Below, piece after piece: positions 8,879 to 18,900 of a stretch of 64,000 nt of DNA. Numbering within the stretch: the first letter of the stretch is position 1; each line of letters starts with the position of its first letter. This DNA is from Thermoplasmatota archaeon (GTDB lineage Archaea > Thermoplasmatota > E2 > JACPAO01 > JAHFTW01). A model generated the notes under the pieces. That model had not been told where the DNA came from and made no database searches. It saw only the letters and a program-made list of their open reading frames with translations. Both the position numbers and the translations under genes were made by a program. The DNA lies in contig JBFIHX010000004.1 in the NCBI GenBank assembly GCA_041601615.1, positions 32,001 to 96,000 of the forward strand. The letters are read 5' to 3'.

Positions 8879-9667
8879 CTACGCGGCTGGCTTGCGACCC
8901 ATCACATGCAGAGCCGCACCCATCGCCGCCACCGACGAATACAACGCCATTTGTTCCTCGAGCGCCCAAAAACGACGACGCAAATCCTCGTTCTCTTGCA
9001 AGGCCACAAACACCTCCTCGGTCACGAAATTGTTCAACGAGCCCTTCCCCGCCACCAACACGTCCTCGGCGCCCGCCTCCACAAACAACGACTCCAATTC
9101 AGCCGGAGCAAACGCATGGACCGTGTTGCCATACGGGTCCTTATTCAGGCCCTGCTCCGCACAAACCAAGGCATCCTCAACGCTACCCTGCGTCAGCATT
9201 CCAATCGCATGCAACCAGCGGTTGTCGCACGACACATAGAAACCCCCGCCCGGCCGCAAGACCCGCAAAAACTCCCGCGCCACCTCCTTGCGCGAATCAA
9301 AGCAATACGACAACGGATCACCTTCACAGAACACGAAATCGAAGGCACCATCCTCGAAGGGCAAATCATCGATGCTGCCCTCGACGTAACGCACCGGAGC
9401 GTCCGACGGAAACTCCTCGCCTATGCGTGTGCGCGCCACGTCCAGCATACCCTTCGACAAATCCAACAACGTCACATCGAAGCCCTGGCGAAGATAATGC
9501 ACCGAGAACCGCCCCGTCCCCGCGCCCGCATCCAGAACCCGACCCGACGACGGCAGCACGGTCGCGGCACTCTTCAAAGTCAAATGGTCCAGCAACTTCC
9601 AACGCGGACCGCTCACATGGCCGTCGTATTCGCTGGCCACCTCATCGTAACAGGCAATCGCATCCAT
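8879..9667 (-). CDS. Class I SAM-dependent methyltransferase
   Basis: VLDAGAGTG, DLS.GML, LPFEDGAFD, RVLRPGG. Confidence 0.92.
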   Translation of the reverse strand: MDAIACYDEVASEYDGHVSGPRWKLLDHLTLKSAATVLPSSGRVLDAGAGTGRFSVHYLRQGFDVTLLDLSKGMLDVARTRIGEEFPSDAPVRYVEGSIDDLPFEDGAFDFVFCEGDPLSYCFDSRKEVAREFLRVLRPGGGFYVSCDNRWLHAIGMLTQGSVEDALVCAEQGLNKDPYGNTVHAFAPAELESLFVEAGAEDVLVAGKGSLNNFVTEEVFVALQENEDLRRRFWALEEQMALYSSVAAMGAALHVMGRKPAA

Positions 9668-9762
9668 GCCGAGTCACACTCCCCTATCCGAGGTAAACAC
9701 ATGGCGTCGCTTCGTTCCCCCCATCATCACAGCCGCGCCGCCAAATTGCGACTGGCGAGAAC

Positions 9763-11274
9763 CTAGTTTCGCCAACTGCCCGGATTGAACAACAGCAACG
9801 CCGTGAAGATCTCCAAGCGACCAAACCACATCAACAGCGACAACAACAGTTTGCTGCTAGGCAGGAGCGCCGCGTAGTTCTGCGTCGGCCCCACCACGCC
9901 AAAGCCAGGACCCATGTTGCTCAGCGCCGACACACTCGCGCCCGCCGCATCCACAGCCCCAAGCGCCGGGTCCGAGGCCGTCAAGACAAACGTCCCAAGC
10001 ATCATGAGTGCCACGTAGCTGAAGAAAAACGCCACCACCGCCATCAGAGTCGCCTCCTGCAACGCCTTGCCACCCAACCGCACCGGCACCACCGCCTTCG
10101 GGTGCACGATCTTCATGAGCTCGCGCCGCACAATCTTGAACAAAATCAGAATCCGCACATGCTTCATGCCCCCCGCAGTACTTCCCGCCGCTCCCCCCGT
10201 CACCATCACCAAAAAGAGCAGGAATTTCGCCGCCGCCGGCCACGCATCAAAATCGGCCGTGCCAAACCCAGTGCTCGTGGAAAGCGACGCCACATTGAAC
10301 GCCCCGCCTCGAAGCGCCGACGTAAGGCTTGCTCCGGCGTGCCAAACGAGGCCCGTAATCGTCAACGTGCCCAGCACAAACGTGGCCATGAAGAACCGCC
10401 ACTCCGCATCCTTCCACATCTGCCGCCAGTCGCCATGCAGCGCATGGTAGTGCAGCGTGAAATTGGTGCCAGCAATCAGCATGAACACGATGATCACCGC
10501 CTCGAAAATCCACGAATCAAAGTACGAAATGCTGGCGCCATGGTTGCTAAAACCTCCCGTGGACAGCGTCGTGAACGTATGCAGCAGCGCATCGAAGAAC
10601 GCCGCCTTTCCCGCCGTGCCCGACTGCAAAATCAAGCCCAACAAAATTACGAACAAGACCAAGCTGATCAGCAGGTAAATCGCCCAGAGACTCTTGGCCG
10701 TCTGCGCCAACCTCGGCCGCAACCGCGTTACACTTGGACCCGGCGCCTCCGCCTGCAGCAACTGCATACCGCCTTGGGTCAATCGGGCCAGCACCGCGAC
10801 ACTCAACACAATGATGCCCATGCCTCCAATGAACTGAATGAATGCGCGCCACATGTGTACACTCGGCGTCACCGCTTCCAAGTTCGTGATGACCGTGGAG
10901 CCCGTGGTCGAAATTCCACTCATGGACTCAAAAAACGCATCCACGGGCGAACGCAGCGTCCCCGTTAGCAAGAACGGAAGCGCCGAAAGCGCCACCAGAA
11001 CAATCCAGCCAATGCCCACCGTCAGGTACGCCTCGCGGTCCGCCAAGTCCTCCTCTGAGACTCGGCTGGCGGCCCAACGCAGACTCTCACCAAGCGCAAA
11101 CGACAAGCCCGCACAAAGCAGGAACAACAAGAAATTGCGAGCCACGCCGAAGCCAAGCACCTTGAGGTCCGCGACGTCGTAGAACAACGCCATCACTGCC
11201 GGCAGCAAGAAAGCCAGCGCGTACAAGCGCGTGATGCTCCCGACGGCCCCGACGACCCGAAGTGGACGCAGCAT
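9763..11274 (-). CDS. trkH: Trk potassium uptake membrane protein
   Basis: FESMSGISTTG, STGGF, STGFG, GSTAGGMK, SNMGPG, GRLEIF. Confidence 0.95.
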   Translation of the reverse strand: MLRPLRVVGAVGSITRLYALAFLLPAVMALFYDVADLKVLGFGVARNFLLFLLCAGLSFALGESLRWAASRVSEEDLADREAYLTVGIGWIVLVALSALPFLLTGTLRSPVDAFFESMSGISTTGSTVITNLEAVTPSVHMWRAFIQFIGGMGIIVLSVAVLARLTQGGMQLLQAEAPGPSVTRLRPRLAQTAKSLWAIYLLISLVLFVILLGLILQSGTAGKAAFFDALLHTFTTLSTGGFSNHGASISYFDSWIFEAVIIVFMLIAGTNFTLHYHALHGDWRQMWKDAEWRFFMATFVLGTLTITGLVWHAGASLTSALRGGAFNVASLSTSTGFGTADFDAWPAAAKFLLFLVMVTGGAAGSTAGGMKHVRILILFKIVRRELMKIVHPKAVVPVRLGGKALQEATLMAVVAFFFSYVALMMLGTFVLTASDPALGAVDAAGASVSALSNMGPGFGVVGPTQNYAALLPSSKLLLSLLMWFGRLEIFTALLLFNPGSWRN

Positions 11275-11342
11275 CCAAACCGTCCGACGCCTAGGTTAGC
11301 CAAGAGGCTTCGCTCCGGCCCGAGCAGGCTCAAGGAACCGAT

Positions 11343-12188
11343 TCAGCAGCGGCGCAACAGAAGAGCAACGGACGCAATGGCGACGAAAAACAGCGGTACG
11401 CCAAGTCCCGGCGCATCCGTTCCAGCAGGCGACCCCTCGATCACCGGCCGCACCTGCAACTGCCACGCTTCCGCGCTGTCGTGATCAAGCCACAGCAGCA
11501 CATCCTGTCGGCCGGCTTCGGTGGCCTCAAAGGTGTAGGTAAAGCACGCCATCCAGCGGGTGCCCTCTTGACACGAGGCATCGACAAGCGGTTGGAATAG
11601 CCACGACTGCTGGGTCTCGTTGCGCCCATCCACCATGGCCTGAACCGTCAAGGTCTCAGGCAGCAGCGCGTCGGCCGGAAACAAGACGGGAACCAACACC
11701 ACCTCGAAGGAAACCGAATCGCCAGGAGCAGCAAGCGCATTGAGCCACACGGGTCCAGGCACCAGCTCCGTCGCCTTTGCCGGACACAAACATGTCTGGT
11801 CAAAGTACAGCCGCGCCGTGGCGTTCTCGGTGCCCGGATTGTGCAGCCTCAACGTCGCAAAATCGGTGTGCTGAAGGGTCCAAGCCTCAAAGCCCCCAGT
11901 GCCGTTCCAAAAAGAGGTGCCCACCCGAGCATCATTTTGATCCAGCAAAACATCCACAATGCCGTTCGTGTCGCCGCGCAATAGCACCTGCCAGCCTGCT
12001 TCAAGCGGACAGCGATTGAAGCCAAGTGTGCGCTCCACGGTCTCGCCGGGGCCCAACTCCAGGGTCCACAATTGGATGTGGTTCCAGGCGTCCACGCCCA
12101 TATCGCATTCCGCCTCGTGCTCGCCGTGACCCGCAATCGACGGCACCAGCAAAAGCGACAGGAACCAGACCGCCCCCCATCCGCGCAT
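11343..12188 (-). CDS. Secreted protein with PGF-CTERM-like anchor
   Basis: Signal peptide, HGEHE after cleavage site, C-terminal APGLG-hydrophobic helix-RR. Confidence 0.72.
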   Translation of the reverse strand: MRGWGAVWFLSLLLVPSIAGHGEHEAECDMGVDAWNHIQLWTLELGPGETVERTLGFNRCPLEAGWQVLLRGDTNGIVDVLLDQNDARVGTSFWNGTGGFEAWTLQHTDFATLRLHNPGTENATARLYFDQTCLCPAKATELVPGPVWLNALAAPGDSVSFEVVLVPVLFPADALLPETLTVQAMVDGRNETQQSWLFQPLVDASCQEGTRWMACFTYTFEATEAGRQDVLLWLDHDSAEAWQLQVRPVIEGSPAGTDAPGLGVPLFFVAIASVALLLRRC

Positions 12189-12271
12189 GACCCTGCTGAG
12201 TCGGCACCGACCATGAACGTTGTGCGGCCCCGACCGCACCCTCTTCAAGCGCCACCCCAACTCCCCCAGTC

Positions 12272-13342
12272 GTGTCCGCGTCCCCACCCCCTCCCACAGC
12301 CTCGTCCGCTCCCGAATTCGACGTGGCCGTGGTCGGCGGCGGCCCAGGTGGCCTCCACGCGGCATTCAAAACCGCCCTCCTGTACCGCACCGCCGTCCTC
12401 TTTGATGCCGGCCGCCGCAACAGCCGCATCTACTGGTCGCCCCGCGTGGACAACCTTCCCGGCCGCATGGGCGAAAAAGGCCGCGACCTCATCGCACGAG
12501 GCTACCAAGACATTGAGCAATACGAAGCCGAAATCGGACGATCCTTCGTCACCATCCACGAAGAAACACGCGCCACCCAGCTAGAGCAACTCCCAGACCA
12601 AACCGGCTGGCGCATCACCGCCGAAAGCAAAAACGGCCCCGTGACCGCCACCGCCCGAACCGTGGTGCTCGCCACCGGTTGCATCGATGCCCAACCACGC
12701 CTGCAAGAATTTCGCCGACGCGACATCGAAGCAGTGCTTCCGTACGCCAACAAGGGACTCGCCGACTACTGCCTGCTTTGCGACGGCCACACCGTGGAAG
12801 GCAAGCGCGTCGCGGTGCTTGGCTGCGACCCCGGCAGTCGAGGCATCGCCCGCAGCCTCAAACGCAACTTTGGCGCCAACACCGTCGTCGTGCCCTACTG
12901 CAACCTCAACGAGCATGTCGAAGGCCCCAGCAATCCCCACGCACCATGGGAAGCTGTGCAAGCAGAGCTGGAAGCCGAAGAAATTCCCATTCTCTTTGGA
13001 CACATCAAAGAATTTACCGGCATCAAAGACGGCCAATTTGGCATCGTATTCGAAGACGGCACGACAGAGCTGTTCGACAAGGCCTGGATCAGCATGGGCT
13101 GGTACAAGGTCCAAAACGAACTCGCAGTACAAGCGGGAGCCGCCGTCGACCGCGACGGATTCGTACGCACCGACAACGACTGCCGCGTCCAAGACGAAGC
13201 TGGCACAACGATTCGAGGCCTCTACGCCATTGGCGACCTACGAGCCGACACCTGGAAACAAATCCCCATCGCATGGGGCGAAGCAGAGGTCGCAGTGGTG
13301 GATGCGTTCGTCAAAACGAGTCGAGTGGCGCCGCTGGCGTGA
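12272..13342 (+). CDS. Thioredoxin reductase-like FAD/NAD(P) oxidoreductase
   Basis: GGGPGG, VLATG, CLLCDG, GLYAIGD. Confidence 0.9.
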   Translation: MSASPPPPTASSAPEFDVAVVGGGPGGLHAAFKTALLYRTAVLFDAGRRNSRIYWSPRVDNLPGRMGEKGRDLIARGYQDIEQYEAEIGRSFVTIHEETRATQLEQLPDQTGWRITAESKNGPVTATARTVVLATGCIDAQPRLQEFRRRDIEAVLPYANKGLADYCLLCDGHTVEGKRVAVLGCDPGSRGIARSLKRNFGANTVVVPYCNLNEHVEGPSNPHAPWEAVQAELEAEEIPILFGHIKEFTGIKDGQFGIVFEDGTTELFDKAWISMGWYKVQNELAVQAGAAVDRDGFVRTDNDCRVQDEAGTTIRGLYAIGDLRADTWKQIPIAWGEAEVAVVDAFVKTSRVAPLA

Positions 13343-13413
13343 CCCAGCTTGTCGAAACCGATTCGAAGCCCCGCCTCGCCAATGGGAGCGCTTGACGTCT
13401 TCCATCCAGGCGC

Positions 13414-14721
13414 TTAGAGGATGCCCGCAGAAGCATCAAACCACAACAGGTACAGCCCAGCCCCCACCAGCAGCAACGCACTCGCCTTGGTAATCCAACC
13501 CGTGTTGGAAAGAAGCGTTCGCAATCGAGTCTGTTGGCCACTCGCAACCAGTCCAGCCGCCACCAAAATAAACGACGCAATGGACAGAGCATAGAGGGCA
13601 AACACCGCGAATCCAACGCCCGGCCCCTCCAGAAAGCCCGCCAGCAGCAGCGGCAAGAAAATTGGGCCCGTGCACCCGAAGGCAGCCAAGCCGTAGCCAA
13701 CGCCGAACGCATAGAAGCCCCGCCTACCGTCCACGTGGCCAAGCCCGATGCGACGCGCAAGCCAGTCCCAACTGACCTTGAAGAACATCAAGACCCCGAG
13801 GACAATCAGGAGCCCGCCCACCACGGGAGCGAACCGAGGCAAGGCGTTGCGTAGCGCCGCGCCGTACCCGACCATATCCAAGATCCAGAAAAGCAGCGCA
13901 AGCCCACCGTACACCGTGACGACGCCAAGCGCCGTGGTCAGGCCAGCGCGCAGGGTATGGGCGCCGCTTCGTCGTTCGCTTCCTTGCAAAAGAAAGCCAA
14001 GGTACGCAGGCAGCAAACCGACACTGCACGGCGAAAAGAAGGAAGCAACACCCGCAACCACGGCAAGGCCAAGGAGTCCGACGCGCAGCACCGAAATGCC
14101 TTGGCTCGTGCCGGCAAGGCTCTCGTCAATGGCGTCCGTTACGTCCGCTAGGGGCGGAATGCCGGTTTTTTCCAGCACGATGGCGCCTTCCGGGTTGACC
14201 AGGACAATCTTGGGAAGCGCAATGGCGGTGTACTTGAGGTAGACTTTGTCCGTGTCCAGGGCGTGGCGCCAAGGCACATCCTCGGACTTCTGAAGAGCAA
14301 CAAGTTCGGACCACGTCTCGCCGCCAAACGTGGCGCTGCCCGTCTCCGGATCGGCCCAAGTGTCAACACTCAAAATCACGAAATCATCGCGCCCTCCGTA
14401 CTCATCGTACACCGGCTTCAGGACCTCATCTGTGAGAATCCGGCAACTGGTACAAGTGACCGCCATGAAATCCAGGAGCACCGTTTTTCCCTGGTAGTCG
14501 CTGAGGTGGAACGTGACGTTCTCACCCTGGACGCCGTCCTCGTATCCGGTGCTGGTCAGCGTAAAATCGGGCGCCGGTCCTGCAACATCGTACAGGAAAT
14601 CGACAACGGAAACGCCCAAGGGAACCGCCACCACAAGGGCAAGGCTCAGCCACAAGAGCGCCGTATTATTACGGTGGCCCATGCCGTTAGGATCGTTGCC
14701 TTCACGCCGGTCCGTCATCAA
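13414..14721 (-). CDS. Redoxin (TlpA-like) fused to CcdA/DsbD-type membrane domain
   Basis: APDFTL, DFMAVTCTSC; SFFSPC and GCTGP CcdA motifs. Confidence 0.88.
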   Translation of the reverse strand: MMTDRREGNDPNGMGHRNNTALLWLSLALVVAVPLGVSVVDFLYDVAGPAPDFTLTSTGYEDGVQGENVTFHLSDYQGKTVLLDFMAVTCTSCRILTDEVLKPVYDEYGGRDDFVILSVDTWADPETGSATFGGETWSELVALQKSEDVPWRHALDTDKVYLKYTAIALPKIVLVNPEGAIVLEKTGIPPLADVTDAIDESLAGTSQGISVLRVGLLGLAVVAGVASFFSPCSVGLLPAYLGFLLQGSERRSGAHTLRAGLTTALGVVTVYGGLALLFWILDMVGYGAALRNALPRFAPVVGGLLIVLGVLMFFKVSWDWLARRIGLGHVDGRRGFYAFGVGYGLAAFGCTGPIFLPLLLAGFLEGPGVGFAVFALYALSIASFILVAAGLVASGQQTRLRTLLSNTGWITKASALLLVGAGLYLLWFDASAGIL

Positions 14722-14733
14722 ACCCCTCGTGTG

Positions 14734-15351
14734 TCAGTCCGGCCCTCGGCGCTTGCGAACCGCGGCACCCACGACGGCCACGGCGACGAGGATCCCCACG
14801 AGCCCCAGCCCAGGCGCGCCTTCACTGGCGCCGACGCGACCGGCCGGCATTTCCCAGGCGATGTAGTGGGTCTCGGCGCACGCTCGGTAGCGATCCTTGC
14901 AGACGTCCGAAGCAAAATCTTCGCCATGCGGCACAACCGTCATGTTGCCGTCGCTCTGGGTCAGAAAATATTGGGTGCCCACACGCCACGGGGCCCCGCC
15001 GCTGTACGATGCATCGCCCCACAGAATGGGCCGGTCGAAAGTTGGATCGCGGTAGTTGTCCGTGTCGAAGGTCCAAGTTGTTTCATTGAGCCTCGTCGCA
15101 GGTGTTGGGGGAGCAAAACAGGCGTTTCCAACATCGCAAATTTGGTAGCGAACGGCCGTGACGTTGTGCCCCGGCGTGAACTGGATGAAGCCCTGCCATT
15201 GCGTGCCGGGCTCCGGGACGGCAGGTGTGTGCCAAACCGCCACGATGCGCGCATCAAGCGACGACGCCTCCGATTCTTCGAACGCTTGGACCGGAGCAGC
15301 ACCAAGCAACAAGAGGAGCGCCACAGAGGCCACAGCAAGCGGCGTCTTCAT
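14734..15351 (-). CDS. Secreted protein with PGF-CTERM-like anchor
   Basis: Signal peptide; 4 Cys; C-terminal APGLG-TM-RKRR; overlaps ccmF stop. Confidence 0.75.
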   Translation of the reverse strand: MKTPLAVASVALLLLLGAAPVQAFEESEASSLDARIVAVWHTPAVPEPGTQWQGFIQFTPGHNVTAVRYQICDVGNACFAPPTPATRLNETTWTFDTDNYRDPTFDRPILWGDASYSGGAPWRVGTQYFLTQSDGNMTVVPHGEDFASDVCKDRYRACAETHYIAWEMPAGRVGASEGAPGLGLVGILVAVAVVGAAVRKRRGPD

Positions 15352-17918
15352 GGATTCACACTGGATGAGGACGGCGATAAGCGTTGGGCAGGGGGCTCCG
15401 GTGTGGCCATCAGCAGCCCCATCCAGTAGACAAACAGCAACAGGGACGCCCAGACCAAGGACAATCCAGGGAGCGTAAACACTTGCAGTTGCACTTGGGT
15501 CGCTTCGGTTTCACCCGCAAATACGCGCCCGCTTGGCTCGTACGCACGAACGAAATCCGAAGCAGCCGTGCAGTTTGCAGACAGGCAAATGCCGTCCACG
15601 GCAAAATACACGTCGCGGTTCCAAGCGCGAACCGTGGCAGGTAGCGGGAAGTGACTGGCGGATTGGCCCTCCCAGTATAGGGTGCCCTCCCCCGTGCCCA
15701 ACCCCCGAACCTGCACCTGAGGATGCAAGGAGGCAACAAACGGCCCCTCCTGCTCTGTGCGAATGCCGGTAAACGTAAGGGTCTCCGTGCCCACTTCGGC
15801 GCTTTCTCCAAGCTCCAAGACCACTTGTTGCTCGCTGCCAAAGTAGGTGGTCGTGGCGTACCCAACGAGCACCAGAAGCACGACCGTGTGCGCGCCCAGC
15901 AATGCAACCTGGCGCAGTTGTCGTTCCGGGTTCTTTGGATTCGGCTTGCGGCTTCGGTTTTTGCGCTCTAGGCCCCAAGCAATGGCCGCGAGCACGGCGC
16001 CGACGCCAAAGCCTGCAAGCGCCCCAACAAGAAGGTGCGTCCGGCCCGGGCTCGGGTCAGAGGCAGTCATGTGCTTCTGGGCGCGGTGAAGGCCATAGAA
16101 CGCGGCGGCGCCAAAGAACAGTTGAGCAGGCCAAACCGGATGCCAGGACAGCGGCCCAAGGCCCACGCGACTTGGAGGATTGATCCAGAACACCACAGCC
16201 AGGAGTGCTGCAATCCACAACATGCTGCGAGCCCAAACCAGAGGCCGAGGGGTTTTGGGTGCCAAGGCGAGCCGGCGCACACGATCGGCGGCAAACAGGA
16301 GGGCGGGAACCGTGAGGCCGAGCACATACGCACCTTCGCGGTGGGCCGGAAACACCGTCGCAGCAAGAGACGCAAGCATGAGAACGACAATCGCAATCTG
16401 CACCGCCCGCCGCCGACCGTGCACCGGGTACGTGACAAAGAGCAAGAGGCCAATGGTGACCGGAGTTGCAAGCCAGGGGAAGCGTGCCGTGTAGAACGCC
16501 TCGCTCCATCCATTGGCAGCGGCGATATGAAAGAGGAAGATTACGAGGAGACCAAGTCCAAGAATCAGAATCGAAGCGTAGGCAAGACCCTGAAGGTCAA
16601 GTCGTTTGAGGCCCCTGCGGCGCGGGTTGGGATCCTCGTCGTCGCTCGCTAGGGCAGGGGCAGCCGCGCCCAGAATCGCGATTGCCGTAATGCCCAGAAG
16701 TCCCAAGCCTGCACGTCCTTGCCCCATCGTGTTCGCCAACTCAAACAGGATGGAAAGGCTGGTGCCCGGAGACAAGAGCGAAAGCACTCCGAACGCCCCA
16801 AGCACCCCTGCCGTGACGCGGGCCACGCGAGGCAGCTTGCCCGTATCCAAAGCCAGTCGACGAGACCAAAGCGCCAAACCAATCAACAGAAGGGCAAGCC
16901 AGAGCGCCACATAGAACCGAAGCCCCTCCTCGACCGCCAGGATGTCCAAGAAACGCCCCGGCGCATCCGGGTTGAAAGTTTGTGTAGGGTCGGTGAACGC
17001 ATGCACGCTGACCCAAAGGCCGCTTCGCGTGCTGATGGTCGAAAACAGCGTCAACAACAGGGGAAGCAGGCCCAAAAAAGGGCCCACAGACCGATACCGT
17101 CCGTGTTTGAGGTGGTGCAATTGTGCGTGCAGGAACACGGTTAGGGCAAGCCACGGCAGAAGGTTTGCCACCTCGACTGGATCCCACGCCCAGTAACCAC
17201 CAAAGCCAAGGGTGTAGTACGCCCAAATGCCACCAAGCCCCATGGCCAAGGTGTACAGGAGCCAGTTCAGGCGGCTTGGAGAGAGGGAAATCGTGCTCCA
17301 TCGATCCGTACCGGAGCTGAGGTGAGCAAGTACCACAGCGGCAGGAACCGTGGTGAGTGCGTAGGCCAGAAACATAATGGGCGGATGGATGAGCATGAAC
17401 GGCGACACGAGCGTCGGGTTCAGGCCGTTGCCCTGCGGACGGCTTTGCAGGAAGAACTCAGGGGTTGCCACGAACAAGTCCTGCACCCAAACAGCGGCCA
17501 GGAATGCGGTTAGGATGCCGGCAAACCACAGCCGAGTCCAGGCACGGGCGCGTTGCTCCATGGTGTCGCTCTCGCAGCGGCCGTCGCGTCGTACGAGCCA
17601 TGCCAGAATGAGGGTCAGATACAAGGTCCAAAGCACGAGGCTTCCCTCGCGTCCGGCCCAGGTCCCTGCGACCTTGAAGCCGAGCCCAAGGTCCGTGCGT
17701 GTGTACAGAAAGACGTACTGGTATTGCACTTGCCCGGCCAAAAACAACACGAGGAGGGTAGCAAATGTACTCACGGTACCCGCCACCGCGACACCTACGC
17801 CCACACGGTGCGCAAGGTCCCAACGGCCCTGGCCGGTGCGCATAGCCATCGCCTGCCCTCCCGTCGCCAACAGCCCGCCAAGAAGCCCAAAAAGAGGAAG
17901 CAGGGCGAGTACGTTCAT
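15348..17918 (-). CDS. ccmF: Cytochrome c biogenesis CcmF/NrfE-like heme lyase
   Basis: WAGREGS, G.GLNP.L, IHPP, GGIWAY..LGFGGYWAWDPVE, TRSG..SVHAF. Confidence 0.9.
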   Translation of the reverse strand: MNVLALLPLFGLLGGLLATGGQAMAMRTGQGRWDLAHRVGVGVAVAGTVSTFATLLVLFLAGQVQYQYVFLYTRTDLGLGFKVAGTWAGREGSLVLWTLYLTLILAWLVRRDGRCESDTMEQRARAWTRLWFAGILTAFLAAVWVQDLFVATPEFFLQSRPQGNGLNPTLVSPFMLIHPPIMFLAYALTTVPAAVVLAHLSSGTDRWSTISLSPSRLNWLLYTLAMGLGGIWAYYTLGFGGYWAWDPVEVANLLPWLALTVFLHAQLHHLKHGRYRSVGPFLGLLPLLLTLFSTISTRSGLWVSVHAFTDPTQTFNPDAPGRFLDILAVEEGLRFYVALWLALLLIGLALWSRRLALDTGKLPRVARVTAGVLGAFGVLSLLSPGTSLSILFELANTMGQGRAGLGLLGITAIAILGAAAPALASDDEDPNPRRRGLKRLDLQGLAYASILILGLGLLVIFLFHIAAANGWSEAFYTARFPWLATPVTIGLLLFVTYPVHGRRRAVQIAIVVLMLASLAATVFPAHREGAYVLGLTVPALLFAADRVRRLALAPKTPRPLVWARSMLWIAALLAVVFWINPPSRVGLGPLSWHPVWPAQLFFGAAAFYGLHRAQKHMTASDPSPGRTHLLVGALAGFGVGAVLAAIAWGLERKNRSRKPNPKNPERQLRQVALLGAHTVVLLVLVGYATTTYFGSEQQVVLELGESAEVGTETLTFTGIRTEQEGPFVASLHPQVQVRGLGTGEGTLYWEGQSASHFPLPATVRAWNRDVYFAVDGICLSANCTAASDFVRAYEPSGRVFAGETEATQVQLQVFTLPGLSLVWASLLLFVYWMGLLMATPEPPAQRLSPSSSSVNP

Positions 17919-18880
17919 TCACGTCCTCCAGGTAACTTCACGAAGGCCAAGCCAATCCCAGCAAAGATGGCAATCAGAAAGACAGCCGCCGTCCCAGGAG
18001 GCTGGTAGTAAAGCGCCCCGGCCGAAACGGGCCCACGGTGCGGCTCCAATCCATGCCGTGCCGCGACCTTCTCGATTGCAAGGTCCCCCACGAGGCATGG
18101 CTCGCACCACGTCGCGGAGTAGACCTCCACGAGCACGCCCCGGTCCAACTGCACGGTCGCGATGTCGCTCACCAAAGGATGGTTGGTTGCTTGCACCACC
18201 TCGCCAGCCTCAAACCGAGGCGATTCGGCGCTGCCCTGTTCCACCCAGGCCACGACCAGAACGCGCTCCGGGTCCCATTCGGGCAGGATACGAATTGGAA
18301 CAGTGCGTACGTCGGGAGTACCCGGCAGCGGTTGCACGGCTCCAAGTTCCTGGATCGCCCGCACCGTGAAAGGGTGGTCAAACACACCGTTGGTCAAGCC
18401 CGAAGGTGGCCGGTAGTGCACCGGATCCTCTACGAGTGCCGTCCAAAGTCGAAGGTCCGATTCCGGCAATGGGGTGTCGGTGCCTACGGCCACGCTGGCG
18501 TTCCAAAACATGCCTGCGCCAGTCGTGGCAATCCGAAAGGAGATCGGCGTCGCTTTCTCAAGACGAAACTGCACGGCCCCCTCGTATAGCGCTACGGTCG
18601 CGGCAAGGGGCTCATCGCTCTGGGGCAGGCCCTCGAAAGGAATCATTCCATCCGCGATGAAACCTGGAAATGCCACGGTGTCCGCAAACAGCTGTTCGTT
18701 GCCGTGTCGCACAAAGAATGCGTCCTTGTTGGCTCGATAGGCAAAGCCGAGGGCATCGACGCCATCGTTGGGGTGATGCACCAAGACGGAGACCTCAGGG
18801 CCCTGACGAACAGTGCCTTCTGGTTGGGCCAGAATCGACGGCACCAACAGCAGAGCCGCCACAAGCAGCCACCCGCGCAT
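17915..18880 (-). CDS. Membrane-anchored extracytoplasmic thioredoxin-like protein
   Basis: Signal peptide; VEVYSATWCEPC; C-terminal TM; overlaps ccmF start. Confidence 0.75.
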   Translation of the reverse strand: MRGWLLVAALLLVPSILAQPEGTVRQGPEVSVLVHHPNDGVDALGFAYRANKDAFFVRHGNEQLFADTVAFPGFIADGMIPFEGLPQSDEPLAATVALYEGAVQFRLEKATPISFRIATTGAGMFWNASVAVGTDTPLPESDLRLWTALVEDPVHYRPPSGLTNGVFDHPFTVRAIQELGAVQPLPGTPDVRTVPIRILPEWDPERVLVVAWVEQGSAESPRFEAGEVVQATNHPLVSDIATVQLDRGVLVEVYSATWCEPCLVGDLAIEKVAARHGLEPHRGPVSAGALYYQPPGTAAVFLIAIFAGIGLAFVKLPGGRE

Positions 18881-18900
18881 GGTCGTCCGACGCCGGGACC

